Virus genome (UHGV): UHGV-0147904
Reading direction: 5' to 3' (one strand)
From: a virus
DNA length: 64,000 nucleotides
Each line of letters opens with the position of its first letter. Positions within the stretch are counted from its first letter, which is position 1. Below are positions 10,339 to 19,104 of the stretch, piece after piece. The position numbers and the translations under genes are program-made. Under the pieces are notes generated by a model that saw nothing but the letters and a program-made list of their open reading frames with translations, searched no databases and was not told the DNA's origin.

Positions 10339-10728
10339 TTAAGGTTCAGACCAGTTATCTTCAATAGCAATGCTTAATCTTTGTAGCCATTCTGCTAATT
10401 TCAGCATTGCTTCTCTTTCGCTTAAACCACGAGGAAAATCATCAAGCGAAATTGTTGGCTTGAAGCCCCCGTAATTATCCATTTCAACTGTCAGATTTTG
10501 CTCCAGCACGGTATTCCTTACGCGGCTATTGTGCCGAAGCAAATATACTGAACGTGATTTATTGGTTTTATGGTCAAACTGATATTCGGTAAGTATCATC
10601 TGGCTTTTGCCATGACTATTACCTCTCCACATACTTACCTCACTTAATAAAACAACTCCATGCGTAGTTGATGATTTTTTCCCACGTAATATAAATCTGC
10701 ACTCCGGCAGTAAAACCAAAGCCAACAA
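10339..10728 (-). CDS. hypothetical protein (129 aa; start may be internal)
   Basis: ORF in operon context. Confidence 0.4.
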   Translation of the reverse strand: MLALVLLPECRFILRGKKSSTTHGVVLLSEVSMWRGNSHGKSQMILTEYQFDHKTNKSRSVYLLRHNSRVRNTVLEQNLTVEMDNYGGFKPTISLDDFPRGLSEREAMLKLAEWLQRLSIAIEDNWSEP

Positions 10729-10810
10729 TTGCTGAAAAAATCAAAACATTTACTTTTGACATTATAAATTTTCTCTCGGTGTCGTAGGTGATAGCACCAT
10801 AATTGATAAT

Positions 10811-11044
10811 TTAGTGAGTTAGCAGTTCCATTTTTTGGATGATTTCCGCATGAGCATCATCGTTATCAACACTTAACTCGTTTAATGCCTCTCGCACTAC
10901 ATCAACTTCTTCAGGCTGAAAGAAGTCGTCGCGGTAATCACCAAATAGAACCGAAACCAGCCTGCCACCAGCAACATCAAGATTGGCGCTAACAGGTGGC
11001 TCTTTGCCATCCTCAAATTCGACAACAAAAGTTAATTTTCCCAT
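10811..11044 (-). CDS. hypothetical acidic protein (77 aa)
   Basis: ORF with TAA-cg-ATG junction to the upstream micro-ORF. Confidence 0.5.
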   Translation of the reverse strand: MGKLTFVVEFEDGKEPPVSANLDVAGGRLVSVLFGDYRDDFFQPEEVDVVREALNELSVDNDDAHAEIIQKMELLTH

Positions 11045-11046
11045 CG

Positions 11047-11121
11047 TTACCCCCAGAAGATAAAAATAGCGGCAATCGCCATAGCTACGCCTACAATCGC
11101 AAATGCTTCAGGCCAGCTCAT
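11047..11121 (-). CDS. 24-aa hydrophobic peptide (MSWPEAFAIVGVAMAIAAIFIFWG)
   Basis: GAGGTG RBS; start overlaps upstream stop (TAATG); single TM-like segment; below ORF-track size cutoff. Confidence 0.3.
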   Translation of the reverse strand: MSWPEAFAIVGVAMAIAAIFIFWG

Positions 11122-11381
11122 TACCGCACCTCAAGTCTCCATGCCGCCTGACCAATCCGGCTGGCATGGGTATCTTTGGATACTGTTCCGTCTTTAGCCA
11201 GCTCCATAAGAATTTTGCGCAAATCTGCCGAGCGCCATTCTTCATCAGGAAATTCCTTCTCCATTGCCAACCGCAGATTCCAGGTTGCTATCGTGAATGG
11301 ATATTCACCGCCGAGAGCTTTCTCTTGTAGGGCAGCACGGGAACGCATCACCTGCAAAACCTTCTCTTTTACATCCATCAT
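11121..11381 (-). CDS. hypothetical protein (87 aa from internal Met)
   Basis: ATG overlaps the stop of the upstream 293-aa gene. Confidence 0.45.
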   Translation of the reverse strand: MMDVKEKVLQVMRSRAALQEKALGGEYPFTIATWNLRLAMEKEFPDEEWRSADLRKILMELAKDGTVSKDTHASRIGQAAWRLEVR

Positions 11382-12259
11382 TTCGCCTCCTGCGGCGGTT
11401 CTGGTAGCGGCATCCAGTGTGATGGAATCCACGACGCACCAGGAATTATCCAACCATCATTAGCGTCAGGATGTCCCGGTATGTAAGTCGCCCACTTCAT
11501 TCGCCAGTCACCTTTCCCGTCAAACTCCCTGGCAACAAGAACAGCTGTTTTGCTATCCGGCATTCGCTCACTACAGCTTATCCAATCATCCAGAGTTACC
11601 GGAGAATTGCCATTTACCAAGTCAGCTCGAACATATAGCGTGTCATCATGGTGCTGATTGTGGCTGCACCACGTTAATTCGCTTAACTCGCCATCTTCTG
11701 GCCATACTCCAGCCGTTTGCAGCCAGATATGGGCTGGCGCATCTTTGCAAGGTGTATTAACTGGCAACTTGTAAGTTTGGCTTACAGGTTCGGCACCATG
11801 AAGCATGGCGTCGCTCCGCTCTATGCCATCCAGCGCGATTCGCAGTGCATGAATTGTGGTAGAGCTATCGTTTGGGGCTATTCCATATCGCTCGAATACA
11901 GCTAAATGGTTGCGCATAATCTCAGGCGTAAGCTCTTTGTAAGCATAAGCAAGAGGCTCTGATGCATTATCCGGCACAACCGACGCAGGCGCGGCAGCAT
12001 AAACAGGAATAACGTCCGCTTGCTCTTTATTGCTTTCATCCGTTAAAGCCCAGAATAATTTCCCGGCCGGATGTTTGAAAATATAAGCAACTGGCTCTGC
12101 TTCCAGCGATGCCAGCGTAATTTCAGCCAGCTTGAGGTGAATAACCGCCGCATCATAAGCGCCTGGGACTCTTCCCACCGCAACGCGAAGAACCTCAATA
12201 TTCTTCTTAGCCTGCTCAATCAACTGCTCTTTGGTGAACTCTTTGGTAATCGTGATCAT
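11378..12259 (-). CDS. hypothetical protein with Trp-rich DUF551-like C-terminus (293 aa)
   Basis: C-terminal DDWISCSERMPD...WMPLPEPP resembles the prophage DUF551 motif. Confidence 0.6.
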   Translation of the reverse strand: MITITKEFTKEQLIEQAKKNIEVLRVAVGRVPGAYDAAVIHLKLAEITLASLEAEPVAYIFKHPAGKLFWALTDESNKEQADVIPVYAAAPASVVPDNASEPLAYAYKELTPEIMRNHLAVFERYGIAPNDSSTTIHALRIALDGIERSDAMLHGAEPVSQTYKLPVNTPCKDAPAHIWLQTAGVWPEDGELSELTWCSHNQHHDDTLYVRADLVNGNSPVTLDDWISCSERMPDSKTAVLVAREFDGKGDWRMKWATYIPGHPDANDGWIIPGASWIPSHWMPLPEPPQEAK

Positions 12260-12771
12260 GCCGCGTTTCCTTCTTTCTTATTAACAATTACACCGTCATA
12301 TATTTCATTAAGGTGCCCTCTCAACTCCATGCGCCTTAATGCAGATAACATGTAATCGCATTCAACCTGCTTATTTCCAGTAAATGGCTTATCGTCAGGA
12401 TTACCCCAACAGCAATTACCCTTGGGCCACCCATGTACTTTCCGTACTCTTCCGTTAACAACGTGAAGTAATCCCCAGCCAGGTGGTAAATCCTCAATTG
12501 AAATAATTCCCGGCTCACTAATAAAGAATCGCCAGTCGCCCATTCCAAGAGATGGATTTTTACGAAAACGCTTTTTTCTATCTGCCAACAAGTCAGCACG
12601 AGAACATTTCGCCTCTATCAGGCATGATGCTGAATTTCTGAATCCCATAGCATCTGGCTGTTCTCCGGTACTGGTTACAGCTATAAAGCGGTCATGAAAA
12701 CAAACCTTGAACCCGTTGCGCTTAAGGAACTTGTACGCAATCTGACAGAGTTCGCGGTGTGTTAACGCCAT
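12256..12771 (-). CDS. hypothetical protein, possible PD-(D/E)xK-like fold (171 aa from ATG)
   Basis: MALTHRELCQIAYKFLKRNGF...IEAKCSRAD; ATG at 12769-12771 directly after stop of a micro-ORF. Confidence 0.5.
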   Translation of the reverse strand: MALTHRELCQIAYKFLKRNGFKVCFHDRFIAVTSTGEQPDAMGFRNSASCLIEAKCSRADLLADRKKRFRKNPSLGMGDWRFFISEPGIISIEDLPPGWGLLHVVNGRVRKVHGWPKGNCCWGNPDDKPFTGNKQVECDYMLSALRRMELRGHLNEIYDGVIVNKKEGNAA

Positions 12772-12772
12772 A

Positions 12773-12961
12773 TCACTCTCCTTTAGTGCGCAAGTGGTTT
12801 TTCCAGCGGTTTTGCGCCGCGCTGGGCTTTTTGCAAAAACCACAATCCATCATCCCGTAATATTTCATCAACCCCATCCGTCGGTTGCTGAGTCTCACCC
12901 ACTGCCAGACGCCAGGAGCGTTTCTACGAACTAACAGAATCTTTGCTTTACGGTTTTTCAT
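12773..12961 (-). CDS. small basic protein (62 aa, MKNRKAK...)
   Basis: Track ORF; ATGA overlap with the upstream 58-aa paralog-like ORF. Confidence 0.3.
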   Translation of the reverse strand: MKNRKAKILLVRRNAPGVWQWVRLSNRRMGLMKYYGMMDCGFCKKPSAAQNRWKNHLRTKGE

Positions 12962-13134
12962 CTTACAGCGTACCCTTTCTTCCGCCTGTTCTGTGACGCA
13001 GTAGGCTTACGCTTTGCGGCAAAAGCCACCTGACCAAATGGATGGAGTACCGCTATCTTATGGTTGCTAATAACCAGCTCCACCACACGCACAGGTCGCT
13101 GTAAAAAAAGTCGTTTTGCCTTACGGTTTTTCAT
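12958..13134 (-). CDS. small basic protein (58 aa, MKNRKAKRLFLQRP...)
   Basis: Same N-terminus MKNRKAK as the downstream ORF; stop overlaps next start; preceded by a further 31-aa Arg-rich ORF. Confidence 0.25.
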   Translation of the reverse strand: MKNRKAKRLFLQRPVRVVELVISNHKIAVLHPFGQVAFAAKRKPTASQNRRKKGYAVR

Positions 13135-13306
13135 CGCTTTGCTCTCCTGCGTCTCTTTGCTGCTCGTCGTGCCGCTGCAATACCGGTATGGCGGCGCTTT
13201 GGTGCCGGGATGATGTTGTCAGCCATCAGGACATGTGGCTTTGCAATTAGCGCAGAAGCCCAAAAACGAGTCGGGTACGGTAACAAGCCGATACATGCCA
13301 CACGCA

Positions 13307-13996
13307 CTACTCACCTCCGTTGATGCGAATGCCAGCGGCACGGGAATCATTCCATCGCTTTACTTCTTCACGAATTACGTCAATGCATTCTTTCGAATCC
13401 ATTAGGTAATCTTCATCAAAAAGCCTTTCCTGTTCGTTTTCTATCGCAACAATGATTGCTTCAACTAACTTTTGTGCCTGAGAACCACTTTCTAACTCTG
13501 CAATGCGCTTCTCTGCGGCTTCCAGCTTCTCGCGCATATCGTCAACGTACTCGACCAGAGATCCGCCAGCAGGAATTTCGCACTCCTCGACCAGTTGGAA
13601 GTAGATATCAGCTGCGGCCCGTGTGTTGCTATGCCTAGCGTCGCCCATCTCACCTTCACGAAGAGCATCGCGTTCGGCGGTAAGATTGGCTATTTTGCTG
13701 TCTTTGCCTTCCAGCTCAACGCGAAGCCTCCCTACCGTTAGCGCAATTTCCTCGTTCTCCTGGTCGCGGGATTTGATGTATTGCTGGTTCCTTTCCCGTT
13801 CATCCAGTAGTGCCAGCACGGTTTCTGGTCCGGCCAGAAATTTGAAGGCGTTGAGCGCATCAATATCCACACCGTAATCTTTAAGTTCCTGTTCACTTAA
13901 CAAATCATCATCAGCTGGCAACATTAACAGGCGTTCCATTGCTGGAATTGCACGTTCCGCCGCCTCACGCAGTGCCTGATAATCAATCTTGCTCAC
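13307..13996 (-). CDS. Ea22-like coiled-coil protein (229 aa)
   Basis: N-terminus MSKIDYQALREAAER shared with paralog at 14990-15523; acidic coiled coil. Confidence 0.55.
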   Translation of the reverse strand: MSKIDYQALREAAERAIPAMERLLMLPADDDLLSEQELKDYGVDIDALNAFKFLAGPETVLALLDERERNQQYIKSRDQENEEIALTVGRLRVELEGKDSKIANLTAERDALREGEMGDARHSNTRAAADIYFQLVEECEIPAGGSLVEYVDDMREKLEAAEKRIAELESGSQAQKLVEAIIVAIENEQERLFDEDYLMDSKECIDVIREEVKRWNDSRAAGIRINGGE

Positions 13997-14706
13997 TGGT
14001 TGCCTCCTTTGCGAAGCTGGGCAGCAAAGTCAACTAACCACTCAGTCATTTCAACCTTCCCTACCAGGTCTGAACCAGGGTGCATACAGCAATCACTCTG
14101 CGCCGCTTTGAAATCCTTATACTCATATTCTTGGGCCACCAGATTTTTTGCAGCTTCTATAGCAGCATCCACCCCCTGCGCCCGAACTTCAGCCAGGAAA
14201 GCGTCGGTGGCTGGAATTTGCGGCATCCCTCCGTCTGTTGCGCAGATATACGCATCAGATATTTCATCCTGCTGGCCATCAAACACGTAGCAACAGCCCC
14301 TGATAAACAGCTTCATTGAGGCATTCTCCACTGCCAGCGCCGTGCGATTACCATCCAGCTCTGCAATGCGCTGTTTTGCGGCATCCAGTTCAATCGACAA
14401 TTTTTCCAACTGCTCTTGATGCTTCTTGTATTCCTGATATGCGTGCCAAGACTGACCTTTGCGCACACTATCAGTGATATCAGTAATCTGTTCTGGTGTT
14501 AGCGTGGTCAGTGGCTGTGATGGGAAAATAAGCACTTTCCCGGAATCCCAATCAAAACCAGCGTGAATTGACTGAACCTCAACTGAAGGTGTTGAACCAA
14601 TGCTGCCAGGCGAATGAACAACGATTGTTACATCCATATCGCGACGATGGCTGTGGTTGTTGGACAAAATACGATTCACCAACTCAGAAAATTTGGAAAA
14701 TTTCAT
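13993..14706 (-). CDS. Ea22-like paralog (237 aa)
   Basis: Shares PATDAFLAEVRA and C-terminal LRKGGNQ with neighbours. Confidence 0.55.
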   Translation of the reverse strand: MKFSKFSELVNRILSNNHSHRRDMDVTIVVHSPGSIGSTPSVEVQSIHAGFDWDSGKVLIFPSQPLTTLTPEQITDITDSVRKGQSWHAYQEYKKHQEQLEKLSIELDAAKQRIAELDGNRTALAVENASMKLFIRGCCYVFDGQQDEISDAYICATDGGMPQIPATDAFLAEVRAQGVDAAIEAAKNLVAQEYEYKDFKAAQSDCCMHPGSDLVGKVEMTEWLVDFAAQLRKGGNQ

Positions 14707-15026
14707 GCTGATTCCCCTTTCTCTGCTCTCTCCTGTCGGAACATCACTATCATCAGGTCGCCTTTTGTCGCTATCCTGGCTGTTGTACCTGGTTCAATGC
14801 GGCTAAGCTCAAATGCGTCATAGAACGCTTCTAATGCCTTCTGGCGTAGTTCCTGTTTGCGCCGTTTTTTCCACTGTTTTAGGAAAATGGAACCCAGCCA
14901 TCGCCATGTACGGGACATGATGTAAAGCCAACCGAGAAGTGCCAGACCGGTATTTAGGAGCGTATCGATCGTTATTGTCGTGTCGATATTCACTGGCTGC
15001 TTCCTTTGCGAATCTGTTCCGCCCAT
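14703..15026 (-). CDS. small membrane protein (107 aa)
   Basis: One TM segment, basic stretch KQWKKRRKQ. Confidence 0.4.
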   Translation of the reverse strand: MGGTDSQRKQPVNIDTTITIDTLLNTGLALLGWLYIMSRTWRWLGSIFLKQWKKRRKQELRQKALEAFYDAFELSRIEPGTTARIATKGDLMIVMFRQERAEKGESA

Positions 15027-15523
15027 TCTTCAAGGGATTTCTCCGCATATTCACCAGACAGGCCATCAATCGGATGCGCTTCATTAGCCAACTCTTCTTT
15101 CGCTGACAAAATCATGCGTGTAACGTCGAAAACTTCACGCAAAGACTTATTGATAAATCCGTGATTGAACGCAGCAGCAAGACGGCTGGCGGTATAGTTA
15201 ATCCCCTCGTTGCGTGCTTCCGCACGAATTTCAGCCAGAAAAGCATCGGTAGCTGGAGTTTCGCTGTGGTGTAGGGCATCGTTGATAATCATTGCAGCAA
15301 CACCAGCCTGCCCTGCATCCGTGACCGACACATGCTCAAGAGTTACGGCCATTGCGTTTTTCAGCCCATCAAAGCCGGTCCATTTGATAACATCTTCACA
15401 TCGTTTATCACCGGGCGTATGCACCGCATACGTACCAGTGCCCGGCGAAATAAATGCGACCCATTCGCCCTGTGTTGCCTGTTTTGCTATCTCACGCAGT
15501 GCCCGGTAATTAATTTTGCTCAC
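14990..15523 (-). CDS. Ea22-like paralog (177 aa from GTG)
   Basis: VSKINYRALREIAKQ matches the start of the 13307-13996 protein; C-terminal IRKGSSQ. Confidence 0.5.
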   Translation of the reverse strand: MSKINYRALREIAKQATQGEWVAFISPGTGTYAVHTPGDKRCEDVIKWTGFDGLKNAMAVTLEHVSVTDAGQAGVAAMIINDALHHSETPATDAFLAEIRAEARNEGINYTASRLAAAFNHGFINKSLREVFDVTRMILSAKEELANEAHPIDGLSGEYAEKSLEEWAEQIRKGSSQ

Positions 15524-15759
15524 TGGCTGCCTCCTTTGCGGAGTTGCGCTTCGATGCACGAAAAAAAAGACTCCCGAGTATGACTGTTAAGAGCTGGTGC
15601 GAACGCCGCGTTAAGAACGGCAGCATCACAGCCGTCATCAATATAGAGCGCAATTTTTTTCTCCAGGCGCGCTTTGGCTTCCTGCAACTGCATACCCCGG
15701 CACGCACGCGGGATATAATCAGCAATTTGAGCGATAGCTTTTTCGTTCTGTTTAAACAT
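15520..15759 (-). CDS. short Ea22-like C-terminal paralog (79 aa)
   Basis: Ends LRKGGSQ like the larger paralogs. Confidence 0.45.
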   Translation of the reverse strand: MFKQNEKAIAQIADYIPRACRGMQLQEAKARLEKKIALYIDDGCDAAVLNAAFAPALNSHTRESFFSCIEAQLRKGGSQ

Positions 15760-15955
15760 GCTTCACCTCGATAGGCTTGATGGTGTCTAACAGCAGTCGA
15801 CGGCGCGTATTTTCTGCAAAGTGGCGGCGTCCGGTATCTTTGTGGTAAAACTCATTTTTGCCGACGACCCACATCCGCTCTGTTTGGTGCAGTTTTTTTA
15901 CCTGCGGACCGTCTTTGGTGATCACGGTGCCGGTATGGGTTTTTACGATTGTCAT
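15752..15955 (-). CDS. hypothetical basic protein (67 aa)
   Basis: ORF in operon context. Confidence 0.4.
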   Translation of the reverse strand: MTIVKTHTGTVITKDGPQVKKLHQTERMWVVGKNEFYHKDTGRRHFAENTRRRLLLDTIKPIEVKHV

Positions 15956-16038
15956 GCCACTACCTATTCGAACAGATGAACGAGACAGGCTGATGCTCGT
16001 CCACCTGAAAAACTGACGATTTGATGCATACTCACGGT

Positions 16039-16767
16039 TTATTCCTGAATGCGCTTAAACTCGATTACCCACACCCAGGGATTAGCGTTCCAGCTTTCTT
16101 CACCATAGATGGATTCCCACAGGCGCTGGAACGCAACCTTGGCCATTGCGAAATCCCCCTTGGGAGTAAGGAATGTTCCCGGGTGATCAGGAAGCAAACT
16201 TCCAGCAGGCGGAACGCCCTCAGCCCTTGCATCGCATTCGCTGATATCGTTCAACCGTTCAACGCGCACGTTGGTAATTTCCAACAGAATGCGTGATGCC
16301 CATCGCGGCATGTGAATTGATGGACGCCACCCACCATCAAACTTTTCATTCACAGTGTGAGGTTTCCAGTCGGCATCATCGGGTATCGACCATAAGCCGT
16401 AATCACCAGGTTTTTGCTCGCAACTGGCCCGATAAATCCTTGCTGCGTTCTTCTCATCGCCACGACAAAGGTTGTCGTTCCAGTCCACACTGCAACCATC
16501 CTCATTGCCTAATATCGCCCATGTTTCACGAACCCAAATTCGATCGCCGACGATACCAAAGGGGCAATTGAAAACACTGCTTACACCATCAGCCCCGTAC
16601 CACTGAAAACCTGCACCAATTTCCCTAACCATCACTGGTGCTTCTGGACCAACTTCCGCAGGCTGATTTTTCATTATCCGCCGCGTCTGCGTTTTCCTTC
16701 CTTCGAGGATGGCTCGGACCATCTCATCGTTAAAAATCATGCCGCGCTCTTTCACTTCGCCTTTCAT
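16039..16767 (-). CDS. ASCH/PUA-like domain protein (242 aa)
   Basis: N-terminal MIFNDEMVRAILEGRKTQTRR is typical of ASCH-domain proteins. Confidence 0.55.
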   Translation of the reverse strand: MKGEVKERGMIFNDEMVRAILEGRKTQTRRIMKNQPAEVGPEAPVMVREIGAGFQWYGADGVSSVFNCPFGIVGDRIWVRETWAILGNEDGCSVDWNDNLCRGDEKNAARIYRASCEQKPGDYGLWSIPDDADWKPHTVNEKFDGGWRPSIHMPRWASRILLEITNVRVERLNDISECDARAEGVPPAGSLLPDHPGTFLTPKGDFAMAKVAFQRLWESIYGEESWNANPWVWVIEFKRIQE

Positions 16768-16776
16768 GCATCCCCC

Positions 16777-16863
16777 TTACCCATGTGCGACGATGCCGCC
16801 AAAAGTGATAGAGAACAGCCAGAAATAGATCGCGGCCATAATGATTTTGAATGCCGTGTTCAT
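16777..16863 (-). CDS. 28-aa hydrophobic peptide (MNTAFKIIMAAIYFWLFSITFGGIVAHG)
   Basis: AGGAG RBS 8 nt upstream; ends 10 nt before the next gene; below track cutoff. Confidence 0.3.
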   Translation of the reverse strand: MNTAFKIIMAAIYFWLFSITFGGIVAHG

Positions 16864-16945
16864 ATTTTCAGCTCCTGTGATTGATTGGATACATGCCGCG
16901 CCTTGCGGCATGTTTTTATTTTCACTTTCTCTGTTTTAAAAATCA

Positions 16946-16962
16946 ATATTTATTAGAGCAAT
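16946..16962. promoter_or_regulatory. C1 operator
   Basis: atatttattagagcaat, 16/17 to reverse consensus; ends on the stop codon of the HAD gene. Confidence 0.65.
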
Positions 16963-17468
16963 TATTGTTGATGGAGAAGCGCGTTTTCATACTCCCTGAC
17001 CATTAACGTAAGCACGCCGTGCCTCCTGAAAACACGCGCCACTTCAATCTTATCTTCCAGCGCGAACGCGATTTTACTTAGACCAATTTTCTTAAGGAGA
17101 TCAATCTTTGCTGGGCCGTCATTTCTGTCATCGGTGGCAGGACGCATAGATAGCAAAGGCTCAGCCCCGTTTGTTACGTACTTCCGCAGCCAGGCTCGTG
17201 TTTTATCCCTTGCGATCTCACAGCGCCCGGTTACAAACCAGACCGTGTAAACGTTAAATAACTGGCGCACAATATCAATAACTGGAGTTATGGGAGTATC
17301 AGTGTCACAGGCGAGATTAAACTCGTTCCAGTCCTTTGTTAATGCACCTTTACCTGGTGGCGGAAGCAAATGCAGTCTGTCTTCAGTTGCCTCTGATATT
17401 GTTCCATCAATATCAACTATGACGATATACGGACGTTCCTGGTGTGCGTGTTTATTGAAAATACTCAA
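16962..17468 (-). CDS. HAD-superfamily phosphatase (168 aa)
   Basis: Motif I IVDIDGTI (DxDGT) near the N-terminus; fold like polynucleotide 3'-phosphatase or nucleotidase. Confidence 0.65.
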   Translation of the reverse strand: MSIFNKHAHQERPYIVIVDIDGTISEATEDRLHLLPPPGKGALTKDWNEFNLACDTDTPITPVIDIVRQLFNVYTVWFVTGRCEIARDKTRAWLRKYVTNGAEPLLSMRPATDDRNDGPAKIDLLKKIGLSKIAFALEDKIEVARVFRRHGVLTLMVREYENALLHQQ

Positions 17469-17540
17469 ATGCCCTCCTCATTGGACGAAAAAAATGCTGG
17501 TGGGCGCACTCCACCAGCATTAAAAGTGACACTGTAACTG

Positions 17541-18803
17541 TCAGCGAACGTAAATAGTGCCGCCGTTCTCTTTTTCCCATGCATCGCTACGTGCATAGCA
17601 AACATCGAGAAGTCTTCTTGCCGCTGTTTCCTCTAAACCCAATTCGACAACCAACTGCTCATGACGGCGGGTAACCACATCAAACAGGGTATGCAGCCCT
17701 TTAGCTGCCAGATCATCAATAAATTCCGGTTCGAACGGCAGCTCTGCCTCTGCCAACATAACCTCTTGCGCCCACTCAACTCGACGGACCAGTTCCGGGC
17801 GGCGGCTTTCCATCTCTTTACAGATCAATTCATGGAAGAACTCTACCCAACCTTCCGGCTGGAACTCGCGGAAAATGGCCAACGGCTGGAAGTTTGGCAT
17901 CAACCATTCGTTGATCCGGATATCAATGGCATAGCCCATGTCGCAGCAGAACTGATAAGCAAAGTCCAGCTTAGAAACGATATAAGGACGCTCGTTATTG
18001 AACTCTTTAGGCGATGAGATCCCATAAGCCAGGAGGCGCGGGAAGAAGGAGATTTGCCCTAACGTCGGATGAAGTTTGCTTGCAGGGAAACGGCGCTCAG
18101 TAATGCCATACATTTCCTTCTTGAGCGTCGCAAATTTGGCATTCTCATTAACCAGCGCGGTAACCTCTGCTTTTTTATTAGCAAATGCCACGCGCGCTTC
18201 GCTTGCATCTTTAATAGTTTTTTTGAGCTGTTGGTTAAGGTCGGCGACCTGCTTACGCAGTTCCTGTCGCTCGCTTTTAGCTTTGTTATAGCGTTTCTCA
18301 AGGTTAAAAGGATCAAGTTTCATGATCTCTTTATATTGAGATTTTAGCGTTGAAATCTGTGAGTTCCGCAGTTCAACCATCGCGGTCATTTCATTGAGTT
18401 TTGTTTCCAGCTCAATGCTTATACGTTCGGCATTATCAGCACGCTGGTTGGCGTCATGCGTCGCATCGTCGATCGCGTCCTGTTGCTGGCGTTTCAAATG
18501 TTCAATTTGCAGCTGAAGCTCTTCAATTTCTTTACCCTTCAGACCGAGATCCAACTGCATATTTTCAGCTGCATCTACCAGGGAGTTATGGCTATCAGCT
18601 TCTGCGTTATAAACATCAATAAGCTGTGCGTGAAGCATCTCCGCTGACTGAACCGCATTATCAAAAAAACGTGCTGTGAGGTCATCACAACTAACGCGGC
18701 GTTGCGCGGCCCGGATGTTCTGGATAATGGCCGGGATACCGGCATTCAGGACATCAGGGATAGATACATTTTCGATTGATTGGTTTTGTGCTGAAGTGCT
18801 CAT
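17541..18803 (-). CDS. hypothetical protein with long N-terminal coiled coil (420 aa)
   Basis: Heptad-rich N-terminal half, globular C-terminal half. Confidence 0.6.
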   Translation of the reverse strand: MSTSAQNQSIENVSIPDVLNAGIPAIIQNIRAAQRRVSCDDLTARFFDNAVQSAEMLHAQLIDVYNAEADSHNSLVDAAENMQLDLGLKGKEIEELQLQIEHLKRQQQDAIDDATHDANQRADNAERISIELETKLNEMTAMVELRNSQISTLKSQYKEIMKLDPFNLEKRYNKAKSERQELRKQVADLNQQLKKTIKDASEARVAFANKKAEVTALVNENAKFATLKKEMYGITERRFPASKLHPTLGQISFFPRLLAYGISSPKEFNNERPYIVSKLDFAYQFCCDMGYAIDIRINEWLMPNFQPLAIFREFQPEGWVEFFHELICKEMESRRPELVRRVEWAQEVMLAEAELPFEPEFIDDLAAKGLHTLFDVVTRRHEQLVVELGLEETAARRLLDVCYARSDAWEKENGGTIYVR

Positions 18804-18804
18804 T

Positions 18805-19023
18805 TCAAAGTTCCGTATTAGCTTGTGCTTCGGTCATTTTTCCTAAGTATGAAGGTGGAAGGACTACGCAATTTGTATCCAGTCCCTCACCTATGGCAGC
18901 CTGTAAAATTCTGGCTAAGGTGAGTCTCTTGTTGCGATACCTGGTGATGACATGCCTGATACCGCCGGTCGGCGTAACAAAGGCGATCAGCCAGTAGTGA
19001 TATTTCCGTCGGAATGGCCACAT
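18805..19023 (-). CDS. hypothetical protein (72 aa)
   Basis: ORF directly downstream of the operator-flanked promoter region. Confidence 0.4.
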   Translation of the reverse strand: MWPFRRKYHYWLIAFVTPTGGIRHVITRYRNKRLTLARILQAAIGEGLDTNCVVLPPSYLGKMTEAQANTEL

Positions 19024-19037
19024 AGTGCACCTTGTAG

Positions 19038-19054
19038 ATTGCTCTAATAAAAAA
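19038..19054. promoter_or_regulatory. C1 operator-like site
   Basis: ATTGCTCTAATAAAAAA, 14/17. Confidence 0.5.
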
Positions 19055-19086
19055 CGTGATGAGTGTACATCACGTTTTAAAAATAT

Positions 19087-19103
19087 GGAATTATTAGAGC
19101 AAT
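19087..19103. promoter_or_regulatory. C1 operator-like site (inverted relative to 19038)
   Basis: ggaattattagagcaat; the two operators flank a perfect 11-bp-stem hairpin aaaacgtgatg/catcacgtttt. Confidence 0.55.
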
Positions 19104-19104
19104 A

